Shown: positions 39,311 to 54,048, counted from the whole stretch's first letter. The stretch is 59,732 nucleotides of DNA, filler included, from Platydemus manokwari (GCA_037951405.1; 5 parts of 5 records of this genome joined end to end with filler, not necessarily neighbours in it), one strand, 5' to 3'. A program made the numbers and translations. The notes: generated by a model from the letters alone, not told the origin.

Positions 39311-42300
39311 AATTCAGTTGTCTTGATGAGAGCTCAAGAAATTTCATGATTCCTTAATTATATCCAAAAAGAAAGGTCGTTTCGGTAATTTAAATTATTA
39401 TTTAGAAAGTTGATTATCAAAATTATTAAGAATTATTACATCTTAAATTGAATTCTGCTTTCACTGATAATAAATTCGCTATTATATTTCAATTTCAAAT
39501 ATTCTTTCGTCCTCTTGCATTTTAAAACCATAGTTATAATTCACTGTACAACATTTTAATTTAGATTGACTTATGGTCGAAACTCAATAGCATACATATC
39601 ACTGACTTTGGGTACTTGGTACCCGACGACCATATAGAATTTTTAATTATTTTTTGGAAATTTTAAATCATTTCAGTACTTAGCAATTGAAAATTAGTCT
39701 TAACATTGAAAATTAAATTTTATTAATTCTGAAACTATTAAACTTAAATTAAAAATTAAGTTCTATTAATTTTCTAGATTTAATTTTACTTATTTTTACG
39801 ATTATAATTTAAATTATTATAAAGAATAATAAAAATTTTGTTGAAAGGATTATTTACATCATAAATTTATATCAAAAACTATTCAAATCACATTTTTCAT
39901 GAATGGAATTATACATCTTCAAATAAGCTATCAAGAGTAAAATCACTAATGTCAATATTGAATTGTATAGGATTGGCATCGGTTGAATTAGAATTTGGAA
40001 ATTCGAAGATTGATTGAGATTGGGTTTTTAGGGGTCAAAATCTACACTCCAGCTTCTTTAATTTTTTTTTTAACTTTTTCCATCCTTTTAATCGGAGTGG
40101 GACATTGTTGCCAAGTGTTGTGACCTTTCTTCTCATTATCGCTTTATGTATTCGTCAACTCATATCTCTTTAATGTCGTTGCTTATCTTGCCGACTCTGT
40201 CTCGGCATTTTTATTCTTCATGATTTGTATGAATTGACTGTCATGGGTATTTTTTCATTCTCTGATCCATTATCTGTTTCCTCCAGCGTACCCATGTTAT
40301 ACTCTTCTCAACAATACCTTTAGAACAGAAATGTAAGTTATGAGTAATGTTTCATTTATGGATGATTACGTATAATTATGGTTCAAATATTAAATAATAA
40401 ATTGTTGAGATAATTCCACCAACGTGGGACAAATTAATTGAAATCAATTTTACAAGTGATTCATATGTTACGAGTGCTTATTAAAGTTGAATATCGAAAT
40501 TATAATTATCCATTACAATTTCACACATTAAATCAAATTCTCAGTAGCTTATCTTGGTGTTTGTTTGTAGAATTCTATTTATGGAATGATATTTTGGATG
40601 CATCTGATTGGTTACTGGCATGCGCACTTTTCGATTTTGTGTGTATCAAACTTTTTGGGAGATTTTTTCGAGGCCTCCATAGGTGTCTTGGTTTGTTTTT
40701 GTTGCACCCGAAACACAATTCCCATGTAATCATAATTTTACGATTATTATGCAATTATACGTTTATGTTTATAAATTACCAAAATATTTTGTTTGGAAGA
40801 CCTTAAGACTAATTACGTTCAAATTCTAAGGAATCTATCAACCCATTGAGTTGATTTATATTTCTAGTATAAAAAAATGAAATTCATCGATTCGATTTTT
40901 GGTTAATTTTAATGAACTGACTTCTGCATCAAAGAGATTTATTTCCACAGATTAGTTAATTTCGAAGATGATGATTGTGAGGAATCTCCTAAATTCTCGT
41001 TTAGACATTTATATTTTGTATTATTTTGAATTTAATCGATTTGAATTTCCAACAGTGATGGGGAATTAAACGATTTCATTTTTTCTTATCATTTCATTTA
41101 TCCAACTTTCACTGTTTGAGTTTCCGATTCATCGGATTTGCTCCATTACCTCTTTGAGTATGTAGAAATTCAAAAGATTGTGAATTATCTTTCGGATCCA
41201 TTTTCAAGTGAACTTTAACCAGCGCAGTAATTATTCTTTAAATTTTACTTAATTTATAAACCGTTTTATAAAGAAATAAAGAAATATAAAGATAAAGAAA
41301 TAAAGAAATAAAGAAATATAAAAACTATAAAAATTTCATATTATGTAATAGGGGCTAATTGAATTAATTATGCACATTAATTAATTGACTACAACTTAAA
41401 ATTATTGGTTCCTAGATATTACAAGAAGAAAAATTATAAACAAAGTTAGACTTTAGGGTATTGTGATAAAACCAATTATTTGTAGGACTTATGTTACCAA
41501 TAGTAGAAAGGTCGAATACATACTGAAGCTTAACTGAAAGAAACATCAGAAATATTTTAAAAAGATTTACTTATAGTATGGTATTGTGAGTAAAAAGAGT
41601 CTAAAATAAGTGATCACAAAGTTCGTATATGACACATGTTCTCTAATCTGTCCTATTTTTAATTTTTATCCACAACTGCGAAATTTCGATTTGATATGTT
41701 TCGAGTATTTTCCATAAAATATGAGTACATGTTTATAAGTGCTTGTTTATTTTCTACATAAGATAAAAATAAATGTAGGAAGTGTAATAACGAACTCAAA
41801 TATTGAGTTGAAAGAACTGTGTAGTAATTTTTTTTAGCACATCAAAAGCTTTTTATTTAATTGTGCTTGAATTGCTGATTAATCCATACGTCTACTAAAA
41901 TTGTTACAAAAGAAAATTTAAAAATAAAACATAGGTCACATTTTAGACGTTTCAGATATGTCGTTAACATTCTTATTTTGACACTCTACTGGGCTCATCA
42001 GTGTCTCGGTACAGAGAGACATCGAATATTGAAGAAATAATCAAGAATATGTGTTCATTTATATTATTGTTAAAACAATTTAGTCCATAATTGCGACTCA
42101 AATTATTAAGAAGACTGGTAAAAATGAAAAAATTGCTTTGTAAAAAATAATAAAATAGCCTGAAACTCAGTCTTACAACTTAGTAATTAGTAAATATTCC
42201 CATACGGATTTGAATCTGATTTTCGATATTCATTGTTAACAATAAAAATAGTATAATTAATATATTAATTATATATATAAAGTATATGTAAATAAAATTT

Positions 42301-44572
42301 TTTAATAATGTTCTCAATATTTCTACATTCATCACCATAAGTTGTTTTTGGGCTATAAAAAGTGCCAAAGTGAGTATGCTCCAAAAAATACTTTTAAATA
42401 GCTATAATTTTAATAAAAGTCAATTGTTTTGTTTTTTACAAAATACCTTCCATGTCTTATTCAGCACCATTCTTTTGACTTATACAGCAGGACTTTATAA
42501 AGCTATCTTCAGTGTGTACAAAAGTACCTAAAATCGATAGTCCCTTAAATTTGTCTTCAAACGATAGCATAGTAAAAAAATTTGAAGTTTAATGAAATCA
42601 ATAATATTGAGGAAATTAATATAAATACATTCGGAGTTTCTACCGGTTTATTTATAAAGACATTAATATTAGAATATATTTTTGTACGCCAAATGTCGTT
42701 TACTTGTCAAAACATAAATTATTAAAAATTTGACTGATTGAAGTTTTAACCGACATATATACCAGTATCCATTTCATCCAATTTGTTAGTTTTATGAATT
42801 AAAGAATTATTAATTTACTTATTCTTAATCAAATGCATAAGTAAAGAATGAATTTCATTAATTTAAAAGTTCAGTACACAATTTTAAATAAATTAATGTT
42901 TTAAATAGAAATTACTTTTTAATAAATGAACATTAGACAATTATTTTTAATCACTTTTATCTAAGCTGAAAAAAGTCATTTTCAATTAAAACTAAAATTT
43001 ATATCAACTTGATATTAGTTTTAATAAGTCACTAAACATTATTAATATTTAATGTAATTTCTTTAAAAAAGAGTAAACATTATTTTATTTTAAAACTAAT
43101 TTAATAAGCATTAAAAACGTGTTCTTTTGATTTATGAATTTAAAATAAACGGTTTTCAATTTTGATTACTGATTGATATATTTATTTTAGATTAATCCTG
43201 AAGATTTCTCATCTATAAGTTAGGTTAGTAAATTTTATACAATTGACTGAACATTCACATATTTTTCCATTTTTGGTTCGATAACATTTCATTATTAATA
43301 TAAATTGAGATTTTATGATTTGTAAATAAATAATATTAAGTAATACGATAATACAAATAGTATTTTAATAAATTGGCATTGGAACACATAATGGAGATTA
43401 TTTTTACTGGATTTGTGACATAGTTTATTCTATGAAATTATTATTTCAAAAATCGAAATTTTATAAATCAGCTCTTCAAATAGATTTTCGAATAGCAATT
43501 TGTCAAATAACAAAAATAAAATTTTCGGTGACATATAATGACAGATATATTCAAGTTATGTTATGAATTGCAATCATGAAGGTTTTGATTTCTAACCTGT
43601 TTCAATTTGTTTCTAATTTTTATTAAACATTAATGGTTTTCATTATTGGTTTTGATAAAAAAAATATTGATATAATTTATGATAATTTTGTTATATTTAA
43701 ATGGTTGGATAGAGATTGTGATTACCAATGGTCAATGTGGTTCGATCATTTCAGAAATGGTTTACTTTTGAGAGTTCACATTCCAGAAATGACATTATTA
43801 AGACTGAATTTATTAAGTCAATTAAATCAGTTATTTTATAATATTAATTACCTCTTAAGTTTTATCCATACACTATCAAGAAATTTAATTAATTAATGAA
43901 AAGCATTTTACAAAACTATATCAAGTTAATATTAAGTTAATATTTATAGAAATTCTATCATAGAAAATAAATATTGATTAATGAGGGGAATTGTGATCGT
44001 CTAATGAGAAAATATTACATTTGAACTAATCTTCGGAAAATGCCTGAGTGATTATTCTGACAGGTTGAGTTTTTGGAATCTGAACTTGTCAATGTCATTA
44101 AATCCAATGTTTATTGAATAAATATTATTATATAAACTAAATTTATCACTACAAATTTCGTACACTTAACGCCAAACTACAAATGAGCTGCTACCTGTTT
44201 TACACAAAATTAAAATTTCAAATATCAATTGATAAATATTTGTTTGCCAAACATATTGTTTATACATTGATGCTCGAATGTATATTTCTCATGAGTGTTT
44301 ACAAAGCCGTAAGTGTGTGCGGTTGTATGGGTGTTGATTGAAACCTTTTGCCGGTGTGCCGATTGAATAATTGGCTAAGATACTCAATTGATCTATAAAA
44401 TTCACCGATTTGATTCGAATTTTCATATTTTTCGATAAATAATTGATTTTATTTATTTCGAAATTATTAATTTTGGTTTTCGAGTGTCTATGAGATATTA
44501 ATTTTAACATTATTTTTTTTTCGTTTTTATCTTCATTAGAATAATTGATAACGAAAAACTAAACCCGTAGCT

Positions 44573-44717
44573 ATGACTGGAGAAACTTATGATATGAATA
44601 CCAAAGAGTTGACGGATTTAATGATGCTTCGACAACACGAAGCGATCTTGGAGATCAAAGAAAAATACGGTGACGTTTATGAAATTTGTAGGAGACTTAA
44701 AACCTCAGCTCAATCAG
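44573..44717 (+). CDS. ATP2B: Plasma-membrane Ca2+ ATPase, first coding exon; rest lies beyond the contig end
   Basis: ELTDLMMLRQHEAILEIKEKYGDVYEICRRLKTSAQSG|gtaac matches the PMCA N-terminus (ELR.LMELR..A...I...YGDV..IC.RLKTSP..G). Confidence 0.85.
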
Positions 44718-44784
44718 GTAACGGATTTTGGATTGAAGTAGATTTCAATGATATATCAATATTTTTTACTTAAATATCCATATC

Positions 44785-44995
44785 GATATTATTATTATTA
44801 TTATTATTATGAATATTAATATTATTATTTATATTATTATTATTACTAATATTATTATTAATATTATGAATATTATTACTAATATTTGTACTATTATTAT
44901 TATGATTATTATAATTATTATTATCATTATTAATAGTAATATTGTTATTATCATTCTTATTATTAATATTCATTTTATTATTATTCTATTTTTAA
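44785..44995. repeat. Degenerate (ATT)n low-complexity tract in the PMCA intron
   Basis: Imperfect trinucleotide repeats; they generate spurious poly-Asn and poly-Ile ORFs. Confidence 0.9.
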
Positions 44996-45765
44996 TTTTA
45001 ACATAAATATTTATTTACAATATAATTATAAACATAGAAAGAGAAAAATTCGATACATTTTTTCACCAATTATATTATTATTGATTTATATTTCTGTTTT
45101 TGAAGAAATATCCAATAGATAATTAACTCACGGAATAAAAATTTAAAAAAAATTACGAAAATACAAGTTTCATGGCTGTCTCAGTAATTGTACGGGAAAC
45201 GAGTTGGATCAATTTCAAAAAAAAATATATCGCGAAACCCAAAAAAAAAATAAATCAGCAGTTGATATTTTTTAACATTTCTCTAATGACATCACACTGT
45301 GAATTCATTACGAAATATTCAAATTGAATTTGACAAAAATTGTCAAAAAATCACAAGAAAATTATTTAAATCATTTTTTTAATTATCTTATTTTTTTTCA
45401 ATTCTTATAATGATTATCATTCACAGCAAATTTATTTATATTTATTTTAATTTTAAATTAATCTGGTATGATTTGGATGATTTCTTGGTAATTATTGTTA
45501 TTTTATTTATTATTATTCTTTCTTAATTTTATTATTATAAAAATAATAATTTTTATTTTATTATTTTTTTGTTAATTTATAAAATGATAATAATTATTAT
45601 TGTTAATATTTTCGTGATATAAATGAGAGAAAAAATTTACTTTTATATTGTGAATAATAATAATGATTATAATAATAATTATTATTATTCAAAATAATAT
45701 ACAAATTTAACAAATATATTTTGTAAATCTCAAAGATAACTCAATCAAAATGTCAATATTTCTCA

Positions 45766-45865
45766 NNNNNNNNNNNNNNNNNNNNNNNNNNNNNNNNNNN
45801 NNNNNNNNNTTAATTAATTAANNNNNNNNNNNNNNNNNNNNNNNNNNNNNNNNNNNNNNNNNNNN
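45766..45865. other. Artificial contig spacer
   Basis: 44 N + TTAATTAATTAA + 44 N. Confidence 0.98.
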
Positions 45866-47598
45866 TATTTTGACTTTGTCAGGTGAATTTGGATTGAAAT
45901 ATTTGACAATTGAATGACCTGCTTCATGGTATGCTGTTAAAACATTGTCTTTTTCTTGCATTGGACGATTTCTGGCCGAGCCCAATGAAAGTTTGGTCTG
46001 AGATTCCCACAAATGACTCATGGAAACGGCTGGATGATCATTCAATACACAAATAATAGCGGCTTGATTGACCATATTTTTGATATCAGCACCAGTATAA
46101 CCAATTGTTGATTTAGCCAAATTCTGAACATCGATATTTCCATTGGTTAATATTTTTGACAAATAAAGATTGAACAGAGCGATTCTGCCTCGAAAATCTG
46201 GTGGATAAACTTGAATTTTCAGATCGAATCTACCAGGTCGAAGAACAGCTTTGTCAAGCGCTTCTACTCGATTAGTGGCACCGATAACAATAATTCCATC
46301 ATTCTCAACAAATCCATCCATTTCAGACAACAATTGGTTTATCGATTGATTTGCATATGGATGACCCGGTGATGATGTTCGGTGACTACAAACCGCATCC
46401 AATTCATCAATAAACACAACACACGGACTATGTTCCTTGGCTTCATTGAAAAGCGCTCGAATTCGAGATGCACCAACACCGACAAACAATTCTTCAAACT
46501 GACTACCTGAAATATACAGAAATGGCACTCCGGCTTCACCAGCGACAGCTCGAGCCAGTAACGTTTTACCAATGCCAGGTTCACCACACAATAAAACCCC
46601 TTTGGGTAATTTTGCCCCAATGTCAGTAAATGCAGTGGGATTCTTCAAAAATCGTACAACGTCTTGAAGATCTTTCTTTACTTCATCGCACTAGAAAAGA
46701 AATAACCTAACAATAATTATGAAATAATAATCAATACTCCTTGGACATCATCAAATTTAACATCGACTTTGTTAACCAATGTTGCTCCACTTTCATTAGA
46801 TGATCTCGGTAAATATTTAGATATATAGGCTAAATAATGTAAACAATCCATTTTCAAAAGACTTAAAAGTGATTGTAAAAATAATGGAAATTTTAAAAAA
46901 TGTTTAATAAATGATAAAAATTCACTATTCAATTAAATTATTAAAAAAAATAATAATTTCTTTACCATTATTTACCGACGATTTCTTCAAATCCAAAAAA
47001 ATTGAAAATAAAAAGTATGCACCAAACAAGGCAAATATAACGGTGAATATTGTTTTGGATTTCTTTTTCGGATTCGATAAGACATTAATATATCTTTCAC
47101 AACCTAGCTGGTAAGCTTCACGAAGATAGTTTTGAAAATCAGGTCTTGTGCTAAATTTCTTCAATAAAGCTTCCCATTGATCTGCCGTTTTAGATTCTGT
47201 AATCCTATTTTGAGGATATTTTGCTTCGTCACTAATAGGACTATTTGAATGTCTTGTATGAAAATTTCTCTTGATCATAATATTAATGCTTCTTTGAAAA
47301 TTTTTAGAATTGAAATTTGTATGCCATTTGTTTGACATTAATTGCTCTTCCAAAATTGCTACAGATTTCGTTGATAAATTTAATTGTTTAATAAATGAAC
47401 TAAAATGGCATATTTCCTAACAGAAACGAAATTAATCGTTTAAAAACATAAATAAAACCTCATTCTGTTTTTCTGAAGGAAAATATTTATAAATTGTTTT
47501 AACATGAGATAGAATATAATTAAAAGATAAAGAATGTGGTGACTAAATACAAATTAAAAAAATTATAAATGAAATAATATTACCAAACTACAAAGCAT
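45866..47598 (-). CDS. YME1L1: Mitochondrial i-AAA protease YME1L1 (FtsH family), 3'-truncated by the contig end
   Basis: Walker A GEPGIGKT, Walker B VFIDE, SRH LRPGRFD, HEAGH zinc motif, a single TM and [11 protein letters not shown]. The start at 47598 is inferred through two short introns. Confidence 0.9.
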
Positions 47599-47670
47599 TT
47601 TTTATTTAATTATTCAATATTTATTATTGACATAAGTGCAGTTAAACAAGATAAATCAAAATTTATTTCA

Positions 47671-49835
47671 CTACATAGTTTCTATTATATTTAAACATGC
47701 AATATCTTCTCGAATTAGAGTCATCATTTCTTTGATTGATTTTTGTCTTTCACCGAAATACTCAAGAAACAATTATTAATTATCACATTTAATTATTATT
47801 ACTTCTTTCAACTCCTCCATGGCTTCGTTACTTAAATTATTATATGACAATCTCGAGTTCACTTTTGAATTATTTGGAATAACCTTAGGGGTATTTAAAA
47901 TTTCTTGTAAGCGACTCTTAATGCCGAATGGGCCAACAATTTGATTATACAACTTATCCAATGAACACTTCAATGTTTCTTCTTCTGCAGACAGAGTAAA
48001 TCCTTGTTTACTCAAAATTTCTTGAGAACAAAGAATCTACATTTAATTTAACAAAATATTTCCATTTTCTAAATTACTTTTAAAATTCGATTACTAAGGT
48101 CGATTTCTTTTCTTTTGAGTTGGTCGATTTTACCAGACATAGATATAACTTTCGTTTTCATTTCAGATACCATTTCAGCTTCATTCTAGAAAAAATTCAA
48201 AATTAAAAACCATTTAAATTATTAGCATATTAAATATTCTCTTGTTTCAATATTACCAAGTGCATATTCGAAAATCACGTTAAAATGAATATCAAATTTA
48301 TAATATGATCTGATTTTATTTAAATGCAAATTAAAATTACTTAGATGAGTTCCATTTAATTGCGAATTCTGAATTTACATACGAAAAACACTTTGTTTAT
48401 TAAAACTTTTACCACAACAAGATTAAAGAATTTTTTTAATTTAACGAAACAATATAAATTAAACTTTACTCTAATCGTAGCCAATTGAGCCTGTGCAAAT
48501 TCGATTTGTCCCTTAATTCTAGCTTTCAGTTCCACCATTCCTATGGTTGGAACTGGAACCAGGCCTGTAGAACCACTACACTGCTGCTTGGCCTTTTCCC
48601 ACATTTCAATGTCAAGCCCACGAGGAGCTGGTCCATTTAAATAATCATTTATTTCTTTAGCATTTGGTGATATTTGTGCGATTACATCGACAACAGATAA
48701 TTCAGACTCTAATTTAGATTTGAATGGCTCGTTTTTAAATTGGGTGGCAATGGTCGATGCTGGCACCAATCGAGTAATACCTACACATATAATAAATATG
48801 CTATCAATGTACGCTCTATATTTAATATCTTCTTTCATTTTACATTTTAACGAATATTTGTCAAATCAATTACCATTTACTGTTTCATTAACTTTAATAA
48901 AAACATCCGTATATTCCAAATTGGCTACAACTGTTGTTGGTTGAACAACAGGAGCAGTTTGTTGTGAAAATCCAAATGATGCTTTAGGTTGTACGGGTGG
49001 TAAATGATCATTAAATGATTTGATAGCTGGTCGAATATCCTCAATGACAATTGTATGTATTTGACTATTCAATAATTGATGAAGTTTTTCGTGGATTTGA
49101 ATTTTATGTGAAAGAACTTCTTTGAATGGACTTTTAATTAATAATGAAACAAAACCATCTGAATCTTCACAATTTGGAATTTGATTAAATGATATGGCTT
49201 TAAAGCGACACAAGAAATTTTCAGGAGTGTAGACTGATTTCCCATTTAATAATAATCCAATTCCAGAACCCCACATGGCTTGTAACTGATTCCATCTTGA
49301 TATTATGACATCTCTGTCATCTCCACATATTGATGGTTGCGAGATTGATGTTATAAATAAATCATATTCACTTTGACCAGCTAATAAAGATAGAAATAAT
49401 TATTGTGTATACTAAGATTAAACCTGGAATTTGAGTAGTTTGAACATTTGAATTAAAAATTCCAGGTGTTGCGATGGAGCCAAATGGCGTTGTTGATGTA
49501 TTGGTATTAAACCCCAGTGTACTGGGTTGACTTGATGCAACACCAAACCCTGTCTTATTCGCTGTTCCGAAAGAAAATCCGGTTGATGTTGCAGTTGATG
49601 AAGAACCAAATACTAAAACTAATTAAAAAGCTTCACCTATTCGAAAATAAAAACTTGTGGAATTTGAAGTCCCAAATCCGAATGCACTTTGAATAGGTGC
49701 AGCAGTCGAACCGAATGCGGTATTGGTTTGGGGGAACAACGTAGAAGGCTGTGTTGTAGAAGTATTTCCAAATGATCCGAAGGTAGGTGTAGATGTTTTA
49801 GATCCAAATAAATTTGAATTAGTTGTATTATTCAT
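47671..49835 (-). CDS. NUP54: Nucleoporin Nup54 (multi-exon)
   Basis: FG-rich N-terminal exons; GDDRDVIISRWNQLQAMWGSG, ENFLCRFKA, PRGLDIEMWEKAK, LVPVPTIGMVELKAR; C-terminal coiled coil ending IREDIACLNIIETM*. Confidence 0.92.
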
Positions 49836-50159
49836 TATAATTAATATAAAATTAAATTTAACAATTAAAAAAATGATTTTTGTTTAATTAAAACAAACCT
49901 AAAAGTAAAGGTACAATAAAGAATAATTTTCTAAAATTCACAAGCTTTATAAAATAAAGTGAATGTTTATTGTATTGATCTACATTCCCTTAGTTTTAAT
50001 AAGATTTTTAATGAATATGGCAAAAATGACTAAGTTACTATTTAAACGGGTTTTTCTATCGTTATAAGGCATACTGGTATGGATGTTATGTTGAAAACTT
50101 ATGTTCAATAGTAAGAAGGTTTGAGGATAATAATTTTTAACACATGTTAATATCGTTGT

Positions 50160-51830
50160 TTTTAGATATGTAATTTTAGTGTATTGTAATGTACAAAAAC
50201 GCGTAATAATAAATTTCCACAAAAACTATAGGAAGTAGCAGGATTCAAAGTGTTAGGTTCCAGTGATTTTATTACTATAACTTCATTTATGCTCAAGGGT
50301 GTTAATTTGTTAACTATTATAACAATTTTTAACTTCATCAATATCACAGACCCTTTTGATTATATCTCGTATTTATCTTCGAATCCCAAATCTGGACGGT
50401 AATTGGTCGGAAATGGTTTGTGCTGAAAAGAAAGATACAACGTGTTGCCATCAATGGTTACGAAGATTAAATGGAAGCCGAGAATGAATGAAAATGCAAA
50501 GATCATAAATCTTTTGAGACAAAATTGTTTTCGATATCACAAAGGATATTTTTAAAGGTTGCATCACTTTGGACAACCAAAAGGTACTTCATGATATTTA
50601 TATTACTGTTGAGCACCAACGATAGGGATGAGAATGCCACCAATAAATATGGCTACTTACCAAATACCTACATTTTGACATATTGAATTTAAGATGAATA
50701 CTTTTAGCCCTATACAAATTCTACCCAGCTGATAAAACAAGTGAAACAGGGCTGTCCTCACTCGTTGACTTTGTTTTGCCTTGTTATTAACTATATTATC
50801 TGTGAAATCAATAGCTAGTTGACTGGTCTTAATTTAATGACGTCAGACTCAATATTCTTGTCTTTACAGGCGACCTTGTAGTTGTAACCCATTCTCACAA
50901 AAATATCACCCCTGTCGTGGATAGAATTATGTAGATAAGCAATAATAAGTTGTAATACAATTATTATATAAATTAGATAATAGAGGAATAGTATTTACAT
51001 TACAGTCCATTTATTACAGAGTATACCAGATGAAACTATGTTTAACACTGAGAAAGGCTTTCATCAGAACAAGTTAGCGAATATGAGAGATTGAGTGGAT
51101 GTATGCATTGTGTTCCAAGCAAACATCCTCCGAGAGAAGTGCTTTCTGGAAAGATGAAAGTAAATTTTATTATTCAATCCTTCCTAGTAACTGATTGTTT
51201 ATCACAGAAGCAAATATTCGATATACTGTGTCCATAAGAGCTGTCGATGCCAAGAGGAAACACTTTGAGATTGAACATTCTTAGAAGATTTTAAAATCAA
51301 ATAAATTTTGAAAGATTTCCACTGTGATGGAATATCAAAAGAGGAATATAATATAATTAAAGATTGTAACCCAGAAAGAACGTTCTGAGTAAATTACATT
51401 CCAATACAGGAGACCATTCTCACTCTTTGTCGAGTTGGAAATCGAGGAAAAGTCATCTTCAATTTCTTCAACAGAAATTGGCAAATTTGTAAACTTGTCA
51501 GTGTGGGATGAGAACGAAACACAGAAAGATTCATCCAATGATGGAAGAGAACCATAGATTAAATGGTACTCAATTTCTTTTGAGTGGTAGATGGAAGATA
51601 CAATGAGAGTAGAATCTTCCGCAGTGACTTTCGGAGAAAACCTATACTCATTTCTCAGTTGATATACCGACTTCGAGGCTGGCAAGACAGTGCCAGATGG
51701 AAAGGCAGTTTTTCGTAAATTATGGGTAGAAAAAGATCTCGAGAGCAGTAGTTAACAGATTCAAGAGTTCGGATGAGGAAAGAGAATTTTTGTAGTCAGT
51801 TAGCCTCTCAGCAAGAACAGGTTGAGGAGC
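50160..51830 (-). pseudogene. Decayed multi-exon coding sequence, unidentified
   Basis: Higher GC than flanks, a 116-aa ORF, Cys-containing and hydrophobic (IGGILIPIVGA) segments broken by stops and frameshifts. Confidence 0.3.
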
Positions 51831-53596
51831 AGGTAATATTTTATTTTGCATGTAATTATTAGTTAAAGGCTTTGTAACCGAGAGGTTAACAATTAGATAC
51901 TTAATAGAGGTTTTATTTTTATGCGCTTGTAGATGGTGCGAATTTCATTCATGATTTCAATGTTAGATTTTCCAAGATTCTTCACTCCCACATTATTAAA
52001 CTAAACAGCCATGTTTCCACCATAAAATATATCTAAATTAGGCTATTGGTACTTACTCTATGTACATATATTTCCTAAGAGAATAAGTAATTATTTTTGT
52101 AATTTTTATTTAGAAATAATATAACGTTATGATTATATCCGATATACAAAAAGCAAAAAATGTAATAGATAATTATGAATAAGATTTTAATTTATTTATT
52201 GATTTATCGATGCTATAAAATTGCAAAAAAAACTATCTGAAGCTCTAGATGATGAAAATAATGAAACCCCAAAATCAATTTTAATAATGAAAAATTTTAA
52301 ATGGTTAAAGTATCAGGAATTAATAATTATACATAATATATGTTGTGATAAATATTGGAAGATAATTGAAAAATTCTTGGTTTGGACTACATGAAAGCCA
52401 ATTTGGATAAACAAAACTCTTAACAATCAACCGTGATTTGAAAGTAAGTTATATTCTAGAATTATATCAGCAAATTAGTGAAAAAAATAATAAAAATGGT
52501 CCATTAAGTAATGAGAATTTCAAAAATACAAATTCTTAAAGTCATAATATTTTAAACATAAAGATTTATATTTCCATTAAACTATCTATAATAAGCATAT
52601 TCATGATAAAAATGGTTACTATATTTGGTTAAGTTGAAAACTATTCAAATTCAACTTAAACTTCATTTTTATATCTGACTACTTACAACTACATATGTTC
52701 GCACTTAATTAATCAATAAATATGTCTGGTTAGAAACCTGTATTTAATTTTGATTGATCATGCAGTGTATAACTTCTTATTTGATAGTCTACAGCTTAAA
52801 ACATATACTCAGCTGCTAACGCCTTTTGAAAATACTATCTCAAGAACTCTTTCTGCCTGATATCACGAACCGATTAGCAGATACCGATTACTATTACAAT
52901 TACAATACATTAAGTTTAATTATTTTTAACCACATTGGTTACGAAGTAAAATTCATTAAAAATAATATAATTTCTAACTTGATTATTCTTACTGTTAAAA
53001 TGGAAAAACTCTGAGTTTCTTTTCTCTTGAAATTCAATTTATTTTAAATACCATAAATTTGAATATCACGCATTCACTTCTTAGTTGTGGAAATCAATAT
53101 ACTGTCGGTTAAAGATTTGATAAATTTATATAAAATTGAGATAGAAGGTTTTTACGGATCTTTAACATAATTATCTGGACTGGTACATATAAAGGTTATT
53201 GCTGCTAAATAGTCTTTGGATAATATAATAAAATAATATTTAAAATATAAATAATAATTATATTACAATCAACAACAATTGAGACAAGTTGATAAGACAT
53301 ATTTGATTTAATAGACCACTAGCAGATAAAAATAGCTCTTGCAGGCGTAAAGCAACCTTATGAGAACAGTAAAAGATGTGCCGACGATGTGCTCATAGAA
53401 GCCTCTATAAAAAAAGGTGGAAAACAAAGGGTGAGCTTCTTATTGGATTTAAAAAGACCACAATGCTAGAAATAGTCATGGACCTGTTTTTGAATTATAA
53501 TGGCAATAAAAACTTTACTCGGAATAAATAAAATAACGAATATCGAAACGGGTACTGGAATTGATCGATAATAATAATGAAATTTGTTTGGTTAAG

Positions 53597-54048
53597 TGTA
53601 CAATTGTTCTCGTGTAATTGAGAATTTGTGCAATTTAGTTCACAACAGTTTTGTTGCTAATCTCTTGTGCATAGACTTACTAGTTTGACTCGCTTATATA
53701 CTGTTTTAATTTATTCCGTGTGTGTGTGCTTCATGGGTCATATTGGTATTTTTAGTAACATTTTATGCAACGTGTTGTGTTACTATTTTTTATTAGTATG
53801 GTTATTTATAGTAACTTCGTTGTTATTCTATTTTTAGAATAACGTGACTTCTATTTTTAAATTTTAGTTGAATTTTTTCTTATGATCCTGAGGTCAGTTA
53901 AACAATTTTTCATTTTGATACGATTAAACAAAGTTCAAAAATTTAATATTTTTTAAGATTGTTTTTGATTTATTGTAATTCCAACAAAATTTTATACTTA
54001 TTATTTGTGATTATCTGATTACTGGGATGGGTCGGATGGTTCTCTACA
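53597..54048 (+). repeat. Dispersed repeat, probable solo LTR; homologue at 16203-16620
   Basis: Same shared blocks as 16203-16620; TG...CA ends. Confidence 0.6.

Noticed and set aside
39900-41220. Minus-strand coding-like stretch and the plus-strand 122-aa ORF
   Set aside because: Many stops, no consistent splice model and no recognisable motif.
44770-45006. Poly-Asn and poly-Ile ORFs
   Set aside because: Translation of a degenerate ATT microsatellite inside an intron.
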